From Eledone cirrhosa (Eukaryota), in the NCBI GenBank assembly GCA_964016885.1, contig OZ024745.1, forward strand, positions 74,214,001-74,278,000: a stretch of 64,000 nt of DNA, read 5' to 3'. The translations under genes were made by a program, and so were the position numbers. Shown here piece after piece: positions 1 to 14,121 of this stretch. The notes beneath the pieces were generated by a model that saw only the letters and a list, made by a program, of their open reading frames with translations, made no database searches and was not told the origin of the DNA. Numbering within the stretch: position 1 is the first letter of the stretch; each line of letters begins with the position of its first letter.

Positions 1-432
1 AAATATAAATTAGCGAGAATCGTATTTCAGCTCAGGAATTAACGAAAATCAACGTCCGATATGTGTGGCAAGCGCTCGATGATTCATGTGAATCAGAGCT
101 ACAACATACGTTAAGGGCCAAACACACTGAGATGATGGTTAAACATACCATCCGCACAGCCAAAACAAACGACCAAGTAATTCGGGTCAAACAATAAAAA
201 TATATGTGTTGATACTTTCCCGGACCCTGGACTACATACATACTTATATATATATATATATATATAAATAAATATAAATCTACATACATACATAAGCAAA
301 AGGGATATTTAATTTGTTGGTAATTCAACAAATATAGATGTTTGTAACTGATTCAAAGCTCTCGACAAGTTTTCTGGAGTATAATATCAATGATATTAAA
401 TAAATGGAAACTATATTTATAAAACCATATTT

Positions 433-493
433 ATTTTTATTATATATATTTCAAGGGTACCAAAACTTTGGTACGCTCTCATCAGATAAAATA
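433..493 (-). ncRNA. Type I hammerhead ribozyme, family A (antisense arm)
   Basis: Reverse complement of the 626-686 motif. Confidence 0.75.
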
Positions 494-625
494 CAAAGTT
501 TGTTTTATAAATATTGACATATCCAGGAAGAAGATCTTAACGGTTCAAGTTTTTCCTGGATAGTCTTAACATGAACCGTTAAGATCTTCTTTCTGGATAT
601 GTCAATATTTATAAAACAAACTTTG

Positions 626-686
626 TATTTTATCTGATGAGAGCGTACCAAAGTTTTGGTACCCTTGAAATATATATAATAGAATA
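626..686 (+). ncRNA. Type I hammerhead ribozyme, family A
   Basis: Stem I TATTTTAT/ATAGAATA; core CTGATGA; stem II GAG-c-GTACCAAA..TTTGGTAC-c-CTT; GAAA; short self-complementary stem III with ATA cleavage triplet (cut after 678). Confidence 0.75.
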
Positions 687-721
687 AATATGGTTTTATA
701 AATATAGTTTCCATTTATTTA

Positions 722-1093
<372 letters not shown>

Positions 1094-1097
<4 letters not shown>

Positions 1098-1335
1098 AGT
1101 GTAACAAGAAGCTTACTTCCCGACCACATATTTCCGGGTTCAGTCCCACTGCCCGGGCCGACCAAAGCCCTGTGAGTGGATTTGATAGACCGAAACTAAA
1201 AGAAGCGCGTCGTATATATGTATAAATGTCTGTGTGTCTTTGTGTTTGTGTTTGCCCTCCCACCAATGCTTCTTGGTTTTTGACGTCCCCATAACTTACC
1301 AAGGTGATGCTCCAGCATGGGCGTAGTCCAGAGAC
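1094..1335 (+). mobile_element. Probable SINE (second family), decayed
   Basis: B-box-like GGGTTCAGTCCC followed by a SINE-like body; one copy in the window. Confidence 0.45.
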
Positions 1336-1375
1336 AAAAAAAAGTAAAGTATATATGTGTGTGTGTGTGTGTAGA

Positions 1376-1779
1376 AGAGGGGTCTCAAACTCAAGGACAC
1401 AAAAGGGCCATTACGTCCTGGGGGAGAGGCACAATGGGCCAAACGTGGTGGTGGGTGAAGATTTTCACCAGTTATAATCATTTCTACTATAGGCACAAGG
1501 CATGAAATTTGTGGTTTAGGGTTCAGTCGATTACATCGAATCCAGTTCACAACTGGTACTTAATTCATTGACCCCAAAAAGATGAAAGGCAAAGTTGAGA
1601 TCGGCGAAATTTGAACTTAGAACGTAAAAACGGAAGAAGTACTGCTAAGCATTTCGCCAGATGTGCTAACGATTTCACCATCTCACCGCCTTATTTTCAC
1701 CAGTATTAATGCAATATGAAATATTGGTTCTACCACGGGCCACATAAAAGTAGTTCGCGGGCCGCATGTTTGAGCCCTC
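1376..1779. mobile_element. hAT-type MITE interrupted by a SINE
   Basis: AGAGGGGTCTCAAAC ... GTTTGAGCCCTCTG imperfect TIRs, GGGCC-rich subtermini; SINE at ~1475-1690 inside. Confidence 0.5.
1475..1690 (-). mobile_element. tRNA-derived SINE
   Basis: Shares GGCACAAGG, GATGAAAGGCAAAG and ATTTGAACT motifs with the 5409 copy. Confidence 0.8.
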
Positions 1780-1799
1780 TGTTGGAGATAGATAGATAC

Positions 1800-1868
<69 letters not shown>

Positions 1869-2057
1869 CGTGTACCAAACACACACACTCACATTTCTTA
1901 CTCTCTCTATCCCTCCCTCTTTCTCTCTTCATTTATATATATATATATATATATACAATAGTACAGCATATTCGAAGTTCGATCAGCAGCCAAGCCAACG
2001 AATGCCTTCAGTAGTGGAGCCAAGCAATTGATAAGGAATAAACCTCAGAGTAATAAC

Positions 2058-2239
2058 TGTTTCTACTTTTAGGCACAAGGCCAGCAATCACCCAGTGCAT
2101 TACTGGTACATTATTTTATCGACCCCGTAATGATGAAAGGCAAAGTCAACCTCGGCGGGATTTGAACTCAGATCGTAAAGGGACGTAACTATGCTGGAAA
2201 GCATGGCGTCCGACCCTCTACCGATACTGCCAATCCACC
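2058..2239 (-). mobile_element. tRNA-derived SINE with 17-bp target-site duplication
   Basis: Reverse complement of the 5409-5600 family; AACCTCAGAGTAATAAC at 2041-2057 and 2240-2256. Confidence 0.92.
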
Positions 2240-2960
2240 AACCTCAGAGTAATAACATACAGTTTAAAGGGCTTGCAAATTGAAAATAGCGACCGCTATT
2301 TCAGCCGCGTGATCTGTAGCAACGAAAGAACTGACTAGTGAGAAAAGGAAATACACATACACACACATACACACACATATATATACATATAAAAATATAC
2401 ATACATATATGCACATATCTGTATATATAAAATACCTGGACCGTGTCTTGAAAATTACTGAATATCCAAGTGAGGTTTCTGTAAATCCGAAATCAACAAA
2501 ATCCGCTTGTGATGTATACAAGTTAGGTTTCTGGAAGATCGAACAGAGGAATTTACTTTCTCAACAGGCTTTCGTTCTAACCCAAAATCAGGTGTGAAGC
2601 ACATGTTACTCCAAAGGGAGGTAACCCCGGTTTCTGGCGGTCAATTCAAAATTTATGGGCAATGGAAAAAATTCCATACACAAACTGAATTAAGCACTCA
2701 ACCAAACCGTTATTAAACAAACTTAAATAATTAACCAATCAATGGAATTGTCAGATTAAATTAATCAATTAATCATTAGGTCTAGGAGATAGTAATATAT
2801 ATATATATATATACATATATATATACATATATGGTGTTGTTGAAAAGAGCAGTGGCTTTTGACCTGGCAATAAAAACAAAATTCTTTCTGTACCCAAACC
2901 AAGGCACACACACACAGAAGTTTGCGTGTGTTTATGTATGTGTGTGTGTGTGTGTGCATG

Positions 2961-3040
<80 letters not shown>

Positions 3041-4699
3041 TGCGCGTTTATGTGCGTGTGTATCTATCTATGTGTATATATAAGGAATACAGATATTTCT
3101 TTCTCACTGTCACCAAGCTTCTCAATTCATTCGTTGCTACTAAGTATTTTATTTTGCTACGAAGTATTCTATTTTTCAAGGTACTATTATCCCCCTGAAT
3201 TTGTGATTTCTGAGAAAGGTAAGAAATTCTTCATATTTTGCATCTTTTGTATTTTGACTTTACTGTTTAAATTGTAGAATTGTCTATCCATTCAAAATAT
3301 TACAACAGGTAACAGTGAAATATAGAATTTAAAAAAAAAAGCTTTTTCAACTGAGATCAAATGTTTGAGAACATTCACGTCTTTTTTTCCAAAATATATA
3401 ATTTGAAATAGTTTGCTTTTGTTTGGGACTGAAACGTTTTGGTATTTAATTCGTACGAGTATTTTTTAAAGAATCTAACATAACTTGATTTGGCCCAATA
3501 ATCTACTGATATCAAAATCAGTAGTATATTGAAAAATGGAAAAATAAGGTGAACAAACGCCCCCTTTTTCCCCTCGTGATTTCGAGGGGCAAAAGGGGGC
3601 GTTTGGCCAAAAATGGGTTGAGAACCTTTGTCCTAGAGTATATAGAGCTCCAGCCAAAAATTACTTACTGAAGCAATCAAGTACACCCTTAACGAATGAC
3701 AGAATTGAATCGCATTAAAATGTTCTAACCCAACCTAGCTGATGAATTCTCGCCTCTCTGTGAATATGTTCCCCAAATCGTTATTCATAATTTCAAATTG
3801 AATATTGTTTACATTTTTAACAAGTTTTATATAATCATGTTTGTATTTATTCTGTATTTTCTTCAATTTATATTAAATTTTTAATATCATGTCTTGACCT
3901 TACCCTAATTTTTTATATCATTTTGAATCCTCTTCAAATCAGACATACTTTGTGTGAATGTAATTCCATGAAATTTAAGAAAAGAAAAGGAAAACAAAAA
4001 AATTATTAAGGATGTTTCGTAGCAAAACACATATATTTTGTGGGAAAAGTAGCAACATTTCTGTGAACAGTGTCACAGATGTTGGCAGGTCATCCGTTTG
4101 TCGAAAGCAACAAAAAGCAACATCGCACCCCACCCGCCTCCTCACCACTACCACAACACAACACTTTTTACCAAATAAAAATAATCCAGTATTTTTACTG
4201 TATATAAATAAGTTCGATTAGAACGAACTAACCAGTCTATTCCGAAGAACTTTTCGATCTGAGGACTATGAGCAATTTCCAGGAATCCCTGGTATAGCAA
4301 TGCTACCGGAGGAAGATTGCTAATTTGTGGAGTTTTGTCGAACAGCTATTATCGCATGTAGGATGCATCCAGAAATCGATCGACGACTCCATCGCGATGA
4401 ATGCCCCGCCACCTTCCTTTGACCAAGTAAAACAGGCAGTTTTCCTCTTTCTGGGATCAGGGTAGTTATTTATTTTTTTAGAGTAGATTTTTCTCTTAGC
4501 GAGTCAGTCACGTTATTTCTGGCTCCGCCAGTACCTATGTAAACTTATCTGCAAATACCCCATGTGTTCCTGCCAAATATTTCAACGAGAGTTTTGAAAA
4601 GTTTTCAAGCCCTGGTGCCTTCTAGTTGTTTGCTTGTTCAGTGGGCGAGACAATTCAATTGAACAGCTGTTCAAGATTCCCTGGCTGCCACACACTACC

Positions 4700-5380
4700 G
4701 TAGAAGTCCATACGTTTTCCATTTCTTTTACTTTTGATGCTACTTTGAATTCTATTTTGTTTCTACCAGTTTTCTTGTAGAGTCGTGTTGATTTGGAATG
4801 AAACTGCTGGATTTGTTCAAAGTAGTGTGTAGTATAGTAAACCTTGGTATGACATCTGTTTTCTTATTTTCATAAGTAGTGCTCCGGTTATTTATACCGT
4901 CAGTCACTATTTTAACTTTTATGTCCACATCTGTATTTTACTTTCAAATTTATTCCATTACTTATCCTATGATAGTTTCCTTCAGCAGATTTGTTAAGGG
5001 AGTCAGAACAACGCGAACACGTATGAGGGAATGGCAATAAGTCCCTTTGAAAAATTTCTTTGCAGATAAAGGGCTGGTTTTAATTTGTCTTTCAAAAGTA
5101 TGATAGTTTTTCCATTTTATCATGGCATGACTAATATATTTCAGCAGAAAGGGAGTTACTTTGTTTATGTGAAGCAGCTCAAGTTTCTGGGTATATGGAA
5201 TGCTGTTAAAAGCCCTTTGGTAGTCAATCCAGGTCATGCTAGGGTTTGTTTTGTTTTTTTACAATCAGTAGTTGATATTTACAACCATATATTCCTTTCC
5301 GGCATTCCCATTCTTTCTTCTGGAAGCAGTTATTTTCCAGATGTGTAAGAAGCAGGCTGTATATAAGTTATTTTCCAGAT
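4700..5380 (-). pseudogene. Decayed R4/Dong-type non-LTR reverse transcriptase fragment
   Basis: MTWIDYQRAFNSIPY matches the WIDYKKAFDSVPH RT motif; frameshifted. Confidence 0.7.
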
Positions 5381-5408
5381 ATGTAACCACCATTATTTAT
5401 TATCATTA

Positions 5409-5600
5409 GGGGCGGTGGATTGGCAGTATCGGTAGAGGGTCGGACGCCATGCTTTCCAGCATAGTTACGTCCCTTTACGATCTGAGTTCAAATCCCGCCG
5501 AGGTTGATTTTGCCTTTCATCCTTACGGGGTCGATAAAATAAAGTACCAGTAATGCACTGGGTAATTGCTGGCCTTGTGCCTAAAGTAGAAACAATTATT
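5409..5600 (+). mobile_element. tRNA-derived SINE (reference copy)
   Basis: A-box-like TGGCAGTATCGG, B-box GAGTTCAAATCC, (ATT)n tail; more than 10 related copies in the window. Confidence 0.9.
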
Positions 5601-5616
5601 TATTATCATTATCCTT

Positions 5617-5897
5617 ATTATTATTATTGTTCTTTGAGTCTCAGTCATTGATGTTAGTTAACTGGAAAGTTTGTTGAAATGAATATCAAGCCACGACCTG
5701 CAGCCTCAGATATTCAGGACGTATCGGAGGGTTCTTGCTGTTTCCAGCAAGCATGCCTTTTGAAGCGTTCCAAAAAGCGTGGCGGGGCCAATTTTCTTTA
5801 ACCATATCTGGAAACTTTTTGAGATAGTACCTAGTGCGCCTATGACAATCGGGACCACTTTGACTTTATGGCAGTTCCAAATCCTCTTTGACTTCAT
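5617..5897 (-). pseudogene. 3' end of an R4/Dong-like LINE (C-terminus of restriction-like endonuclease, short UTR, (TAA)n tail)
   Basis: KVKVVPIVIGALGTISK...LQKACLLETARTLRYVL. Confidence 0.8.
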
Positions 5898-5952
5898 GGC
5901 AGTTCCAAATCCTCTTTGACTTCATGGCAGTTCCAAATCCTCTTTGACTTCA
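5858..5952. repeat. 28-bp tandem repeat, ~3.4 copies
   Basis: Unit CTTTGACTTCATGGCAGTTCCAAATCCT. Confidence 0.9.
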
Positions 5953-6228
5953 TTTATTATTATCATTATTATTACTATTATTATTATAATCATTATTGTT
6001 GTTGTTGTTGTTGTTGTTTCTTCCCTCAGCTTCTAACGTCGGAGATGTATTACAGTGTTAACTGTTCACAACCAGTGAACATTTTTTTCTGTCCGTCTAC
6101 TTTCAATTTTATCTATCTTCAAATCCTTGTACAGTGATTTTTTTTTTGTGTGTGGCGGAGGGGGGAGGGGGTTGTTTTGCAATCCTCTATTTTACACAGC
6201 CCTGGCCTCCAACAATTATTATTATTAT

Positions 6229-6457
6229 TGTGGATTGGCAGTATCGGTAGAGCATCGAGCACCCTGCTCCGCGGCAGAGAATTACGGTCTTTTACGTTTT
6301 GAGTTCAAATCCTGCCGAGGTTAGCTTTAACTTTCATCCTTACGAGGTCGACAAAATAAAGCACCAGTAATGCACTAGGGTCGATTTAATCGACTTCCCC
6401 CGCCCTTTCTAATTGCTGGCCTTGTGTCTAAAGTAGAAAATATTATTATTATTATTA
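6229..6457 (+). mobile_element. tRNA-derived SINE
   Basis: Same family as 5409, longer variant, (ATT)n tail. Confidence 0.85.
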
Positions 6458-6460
6458 TCA

Positions 6461-8546
6461 CATGAGGTGGAAGTTGTGGTAGATGAATCTGTCTGGAATA
6501 CGCATGTCTGCGCCTCTCCCACCAAACCACCGACGACAAAAAGATTCGTGCTTATCGTCAGTAGTCTGGTGGGAGAGGCTAAGACATGCGCCATTCCAGA
6601 CAGATCCATCCAGGACAACCTCCACCTCATGCGATACATCGTGGAGATGGTAACTAGGGAACTCTGGTACGGGTGGGTCCTTGATCAATTTAGATCAGTC
6701 GAAAGCTTTCGATAGGGTCGACCATCGTTATGTGGCGGAAGTCCTGAGGGCGGCTGGCATTGGGCCCATTTTCAGAGGCTGGATCGTTGCCATGCACAGC
6801 GACATCTGCTCCGTGGTGAGAGTGAACGATCACCTTTCGGAACCGTTCAACATCATGCGCTCGCTCCGCCAATGGTGTCCCCTCTCGTCCCTGTTGTACG
6901 TATTGACTCTCGAGCCATTACTGCACAAACTGGAGACGTTGAGAGGGTCTCGTGCGAACTGAGATGTGGAAGAACCGTGTCAGCATATGCAGACGATGTC
7001 ACCGTAGTGGTGTCGAATGTCAAACACATCGAGGCGATCGGCACCACACTAAAAGAATACAAGGCGGTGACAATGATCAACCAGGAAAAGTCGGTGGGCC
7101 TGCAGCTCGGCACCCGGAGAAGCAGGTCCATGCCATCCAACAGCGTCATCGGGCGCTGGACGGACCGGTTAAATTGCTCGGGGTCTGGTTCGGTCAGGAC
7201 CTCTAGACGGACAAAAACTGGGACGAGGTGACGAGCAGGATGGCCTCTCTCACCCAGAAATGGGCCGAGAGGAAGCTATCACTGAAAGGTCGAGCGGAGG
7301 TGCCGAACGCGTACATCGCGCCCGTCATCTACTACCACCTGACCGTCGTACCTTGTCCTAAGCCTCGTCTGACTGTGTTGGAGCGTTTACTCTTTCGCTT
7401 TTTGTGGAAGGGAGGCGCTCCGATGGTCAGGAGGTCCATCTGCTGTCAACATCCGCTACGCGGATGGCTGGGCATGCCGTGGCCGATGATGCGCAGACAT
7501 GCGCTCAGGCTACGGTATCTCCACCTCTTCCTCGACGGTGATCAGGTGTGGTCACCCTTTGTTAGATGCGTGTTTCTCCAGCTCGTCTCCTTCATGGAGC
7601 TACAGTCCTGGGTCAAGCGAAGACCGAGAGGGAGCGCTTGGAGACTGGAATGTTTTCAGGCGCTTACAGCCCTCGACCAGTCGAGAATGTGATCGGTGGC
7701 AACTCCACCTTGGCGCTCTATAGAGGGTTAGTGGAGGGAAAGAGCTTCGGGAGACCCTTCGGGCCTGGGCCCATGGACAACTTCTAGAAATCTCTCGCCT
7801 GGCAGTGCTACCAGGGAGCTTTGCCAGTTCGGGATAAACTTTACAGGCATGGAAATGCCGTCAGCCGGGCCTGTCCGAGATGCGCGCAGGGCGACGAAAA
7901 CGTCATGTACGCATTCGTCCAGTGGCCGAGCATTGCTGACTTGTGGGTTTATGTCAAACACCTGCTGTCGCGTGTAGGACGGATCCGGCTATCAGCTGAA
8001 CCCACCGTGAGGATTGTCCTCCACATTCCTTTAGCCAGGAAGGGCAGGGAGTTTTTATCTGCCTGGTGACCACGGTAAAAGAGATCGTATGGTGGACGCG
8101 TCTGAAAGGGTTGAAGACGGGTACTTTCCTCTTCGGTGACGCCCTCATTAACTTTTTCAGGTTTAACCTGAAAAGGAAAGTCAGGGTGGAGAGGGAAGTG
8201 CTGCCTACCAGCCAGTTTGTTGAAAAGTAGGTGAGAGAGGCAAGAATGGCTCATGTGAATGGGCCTACACTGAGCGTGTACCTGTATCATCGTAGGAGGA
8301 AAACTGGAAGAGGGCACTTGCCCTAGCGGTGAGGGTAACCGTGGCTTTTTTGTGGGCTTTCTGCACGAGTGACCCTCGGAAGTCTCCCCGCTATTGGGGA
8401 ATTTTTCATTGTTACTTTATTGTTACATCCACTGATTTGGGGGGAGGGGGTTTACACACAGAAATGCCCGTTTGTATCGTCCTGTATTGTCCTGTGTTGT
8501 CCTTAATGTTATACTTTGTGTCAACCCTTGTGGTTAATAAAGAAAG

Positions 8547-8592
<46 letters not shown>
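6461..8592 (+). mobile_element. 5'-truncated Tx1/L1-clade LINE (RT and zf-RVT, disrupted) with a 5' fold-back
   Basis: RSIQDNLHLMR, LDQSKAFDRVDH, RQWCPLS, AYADD, CPRC motifs across frameshifted ORFs; AATAAA at ~8536 then (ATT)n tail. Confidence 0.9.
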
Positions 8593-8623
<31 letters not shown>

Positions 8624-8959
8624 GAAACTTCCTTTGAATTCTGCTTCCTTCCCAAATCATGTCGAATATCAGCCTGACACCCGAGGCAAAATTTGATAAT
8701 ACATACATTTTACAATCTACAAGGACACACAAAACAGTAAATGTCTTTGAAATGTTTTTTAGATTGATAATGTCTTTCTCAAGACATGGGCAGTGTCAGT
8801 CAGAATTATTTTCTCTATCTCTTGCTGAGATAGCTTTTCGGGCATCCGATCCAAATATTTTCCAGCTCCTGTATTTTTATCATTTCAAGTTCACTGACTA
8901 TCACTGGTATTGTACAGGTCAGATTTGGCTTATTCTTGCTACTGGTACCATGTAATCTA

Positions 8960-9530
8960 GTACAACTTGCTTCCTGGTCGGGTTGTCGACATGGAAAGAA
9001 AAGGCTCTTCATGGCAAATTTTTAGCTGCCATTAAAGACATTTCTGACCCTAGGTCTGGGCTTTGGCTTAGGTCAGGTTGGGTTAAAAAGAGAACTGGGA
9101 CTATTATTACTGCCGCACAATACCAGTCAGTCAGCACCAATTAGGTAAAAGCTAATATTGATAGACAAAATTGCTCCCCACTCTGCAAAGTATGTCATAA
9201 AGCAGACGAATCTGTGGCACATGTTGCTAGTAGATGTGAGCAATTAGCCAAAAAGACGTTATAAAATCTGACATGATCTTATAGCAAAGAGTCCATTGGG
9301 AGTTGTGCAAAGAATACAACATAGAAACGCAATGTCAATGGTATGAACATACTCCTCTTGAATCCTGCCTATCAGGTGAAGGAGTAGAGTTATTTTGGGA
9401 CTTTGAGATCAAGACCACAAACTTCAACACAGCCACCTTGATATTGTTGTAAAAATACCCCCACCACCCCCACCACCACCACCAAACAAATTTGTCTCTA
9501 ATTGATATTGCGATTCCTCAAAACCACAAA
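8960..9530 (+). pseudogene. R4/Dong-like LINE fragment (CCHC finger and start of endonuclease)
   Basis: Hand translation: LHGKF..WLRSG..IITAAQ..CKVCHKADESVAHVASRC..HWELCK..WYEHTP..LFWDF; stops and frameshifts present. Confidence 0.8.
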
Positions 9531-9544
9531 TGTGGCTGATAACC

Positions 9545-9810
9545 ACAATTCGGTCTTTGACGGACCACAACGAGCGCGTGCTGGTCGTTTCTAAATAGAT
9601 GTGTGCGGCCTTTCGCCAGTACTTTGCATGACAGTTCTGAGAGAGCCAGAGTGGCGGAGACGTTGACGGATTTCAGTTCCTTCCTCGAAGGTCTGCTGCG
9701 AATGGTCTGCTGCGAATGGTCTCAGCCGATGACACGGAGTGCTGCGAAAGAGCGATAACAGCAGTCGAGATTCTGGAATTTTCGGTTTTTGATGGTCTGC
9801 CTTATGAGTT
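9545..9810 (+). pseudogene. Probable Tx1/L1 ORF2 linker fragment
   Basis: MCAAFRQYF..DFSSFLEGL..CCERAITAVEI; GC-rich like the 6461 element. Confidence 0.5.
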
Positions 9811-9931
9811 TACGTAGATAAGCTACACTTTTCTCCGATCTCCTCGAAGTTGTCTACTGCTACTGGTAGCAGAATTGGAGAATTCCTAGCTCTGTTGTTA
9901 TTGTTGTTTTCACAGATGCTAGTAGTAGTAA

Positions 9932-9984
<53 letters not shown>

Positions 9985-10159
9985 TACACTATAGTAAAAA
10001 TTCTCTGTTTGCTCCCGGAATAAATTTCATAAGACAACAGAGGAAGTTGATTATTTAAATGTTGCAACTACTTCTTTCTTTCATCCAACTAGACAGATAT
10101 ATTTCAAATGTCAACTTACCTATTAAGTATGCAACTATCTCACTTTTATTTATTTTTCT

Positions 10160-10707
<548 letters not shown>

Positions 10708-10745
10708 ATATATAGATAATTAATATAAATATATATAATATATAG

Positions 10746-11190
10746 TCTGCGGTGCCTTGACCGAGGAGACCACTAACCATGGGAATACTCAAGGAATGGG
10801 GAAATGCAGGGTGAATATAGAGATATGTAAAATTCCGACCACGGTGCCAAGTGGTTTCGGCTTGGCGCCGCGATCAGGAGTTTACATGTCTCAGCCGATC
10901 TCCTTTGCAAAATCGGAACGATTCCCGCTGCAATAGCCACTACACGTCGCGGGGCGCCGACGTTGCAATCCTGTGGAGGAGCTCGACAATCCCCGGTATT
11001 TATTGGTCTTCCATTCCTCTGCATTGCGGGCCGCAGTACCGGGGTTTGTGGCCGAAGCTACTATATTTGAGGCAGAGAATGTGTCACAAGATGTGGCGTC
11101 CCAGATGAGGGATCTACCTTCTTCGAATGGGAAGGGGGTAATTACATCTGCGCGCTGGCCGTCTCTGCAGTCAAGGCCTGCTTATCCTTG
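10746..11190 (+). mobile_element. GC-rich repeat fragment, possibly a decayed Tx1 ORF1
   Basis: Sharp GC/CpG island in AT-rich DNA; only a weak zinc-knuckle-like remnant (RMCHK). Confidence 0.25.
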
Positions 11191-11329
11191 AAAAGTGATG
11201 AAACTTTTTTTGCGCTCTGAGTTCAAATGCTGTGGAATATAACGTTGATTTTCATCTCTTCCGGGTCGATAAACACAGTAGGGTAAAACACAAGATCCGA
11301 TTTCTCATCTCTCTCTCTCTCTTCCCTTC

Positions 11330-11363
<34 letters not shown>

Positions 11364-13357
11364 ATCTGAAATGTCCAAACTCGTGGACTTACCTGTAAGC
11401 TAAATACGCTATAGCTTAGGGTCACACACCCTTGGCGGCCTCATTTTCTAAAATATATTTTCATTTTACCATTAGTTTTTCTTCTTTAACACCAACTCAT
11501 CAAACCTTAGGGCCTCAAATTTCATATAGCCTAAGGCCTCAGCAAGTGAAAGTCCGGCCTTAGGTCCAAAATAACTTTCTTATCCCGACTCCACAAATCT
11601 TTTCTCCACTGCATTTTGTATTATGTCCTTTCCTTTTAAAAGTGATAGAGTTTGTTTTGGGGGAAATGTGGCTACTTTTTTTCTAGTAGAATGAAAACAG
11701 TTGTTTTCGCAAAGATCACCTCTAAAAGAATATGATCCAATGGCAATGTTTAATGTCCTTTCTTATGTCGTTGCTATACTACTCAGTCTGTAAGCTACAT
11801 CAATACTTTAATCAAGCTACAAAGTAAATTTGTTTGAAATATATTGATATGATTGTATTGCTTCGTTCACATTTTCAAGTTATAAAATATTTGATGGAAA
11901 TATTTAAAAAAGGATAAAAACAAAATTAAGTAATGAAAGTGAAAGAAATTACTATAAATGCCATATGTGAGAGGGACAGGAGGGAAGAAGTAGGACTATA
12001 TGGAAAGATCAAGGACTATTAGGCAGCAGAAGAGAGAGAGGGGGAATGGGGAGACGGTGACAGACTCTACACCTAGATCGAAACGGCGCTTTCTTGAATT
12101 TTATTGAAACCCCATCTTTGCTGAAGTTAAGCAGCTTCAACGTAAAAGATAACAGCTGCATCTATGTTATAAAAGCGTTTTCGCTATAAATTCATTTGAT
12201 TTCAATGCTTGGATAGAACTATTTTGATTTGAAAATTATCCTTGATCTTTGAAACAGTATTTAAACGCCACCGATTTTAAAAGGTGAAATTAACCATATC
12301 TTTATCAGACAAACAATATCTGTAATTTTATTTTTGTTTGACAATAACGAAGAATATTTAAATACCACCGCTTAACGGATTTGTACCTAAATCTCAAACT
12401 GTGACCAGATATGCTAAGTTGTCAATCAATTCTAGAAATATCGATCGATTGTTAAGTTAGATCATCTATCTCTTTAAATGGTATTGGCCCAAGCTTATAA
12501 AACCAGTACTACTTACATGCTAAATGGTAAACATATGTGACTTCTAAAAGCGACAATTTCTACGAGCAGTTGTGTTAAATATCTTTAATTTGAAAAGTGG
12601 AGTGTTGAAGAAGGAAGTAAAAAAAAGCACTTGATAGTCAAAGCTATAATTTTAGAAAAGTATTTGAAGAAGGCTTTCACCAAAAGAAATGTAAATTTAG
12701 ATGTTCTAATCAAGCCAACTTACATAAATGCATCACCAATATTGTATGCACAAATTCTTTCTTACAAATATCATATTGAAAAATATGGAGAGATTATTTG
12801 AGATAATTGATGTAATAAGATAGAGGTAATTAAGTCTCAAGCGGCTAGTTTGTAAATTTGCGGGAAGTGGTACTTAAAGTAGAGGTTGGAATGGAGGCCC
12901 CCACAAAAAAAACATTAAATAAATAAAATGAGTAAATTTTCTAGTGAAAACTTAAATTAAAAGGCAATAAATAATTCTATACATTGTAGGTTTAGTCTTG
13001 GTATTCAACCTCTATACCTAAAATGTCATAACCAGTGACAATTCCATGTCCTATAGAAAATGTGACATAGCTTCTGTTTCCTGAAGAAGCCAAAGTAAAA
13101 TGTCAAAATTAAATACAGCTATTTTATGTAATTAAAAGATTCATCTATGTTGCTCAATGATTGACCTTTTTACTTCACACATTGCCTCTTTCTTTTTTCT
13201 CTTTATTAGATTTTTTGTATTATTTTACTGACACTTGACTATTGAGTAGTAATCGTTTTAAACTTTGTTATCTCACATTCCCCAACATTTTCTGTCGGTC
13301 TGTTTGTCTATCTATCTAGCTAGCTAGCTATTAATCTATCTTTCTATTTACTTTTCT

Positions 13358-13531
<174 letters not shown>

Positions 13532-13879
13532 TCACTCTTCCTATCTGATATGTCTGTTCATCTATCTATCTATCTACTAATTAATAGTTTTATCTTCATA
13601 TACCTATATGTAAACTCCCCATTTGTATTTGTCCCCTTCTTTTGTGCCCTTGTGGCTAATAAAGAAATTTATCTATTTTGCAATTCTGTTTAGGCTCTTC
13701 TACAAATAGTTTTCTATTTCATTTTTCGTGTGTTATAAATATGTATATGTAACGTATTCTATATGAATTCTATTTATCTCTATTTCTGAAGTTATTTATT
13801 TACCATTGGATAGAAACAAATGTGCTTACATTTCATTCACATGTACAGAAATTCCAAGAAATATTAATAAATACATATA

Positions 13880-14121
13880 TCCAGTTGAAGAGGTTCTTGT
13901 ACAATTTCCAAGGAGAAGATACGGAGTATTTATAATAATAAGTATGGTACCAGGAAAAACAGGAATAACTAGGCATGAGGAATTGGTGAGAATAAACCCT
14001 CAATAAATTTGTTTTCTCACCAATTCTTAGGTATTCCCGTTTTTCCTGGTACCAGACTTATTATTATAAATACTCCGTGATCTTCTCCTTGGAAATAGTA
14101 CCATAACCTCTTTAACTGGAT
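13880..14121. repeat. Diverged fold-back / MITE-like palindrome (~115-bp arms)
   Basis: TCCAGTTGAAGAGGTT...GAATTGGTGAGAATA mirrored by TTTTCTCACCAATTC...AACCTCTTTAACTGGA. Confidence 0.85.

Noticed and set aside
120-200. CTGAGA-TGATGGT..ACCATC hairpin as a hammerhead
   Set aside because: The core is short and GAAA is missing; at best a dead relic.
4220-4700. CpG-richer segment as exon or promoter
   Set aside because: No long ORF or recognisable motif; likely an unclassified repeat remnant.
5409-5500. tRNA gene
   Set aside because: A and B boxes are present, but it is a SINE head with no cloverleaf.
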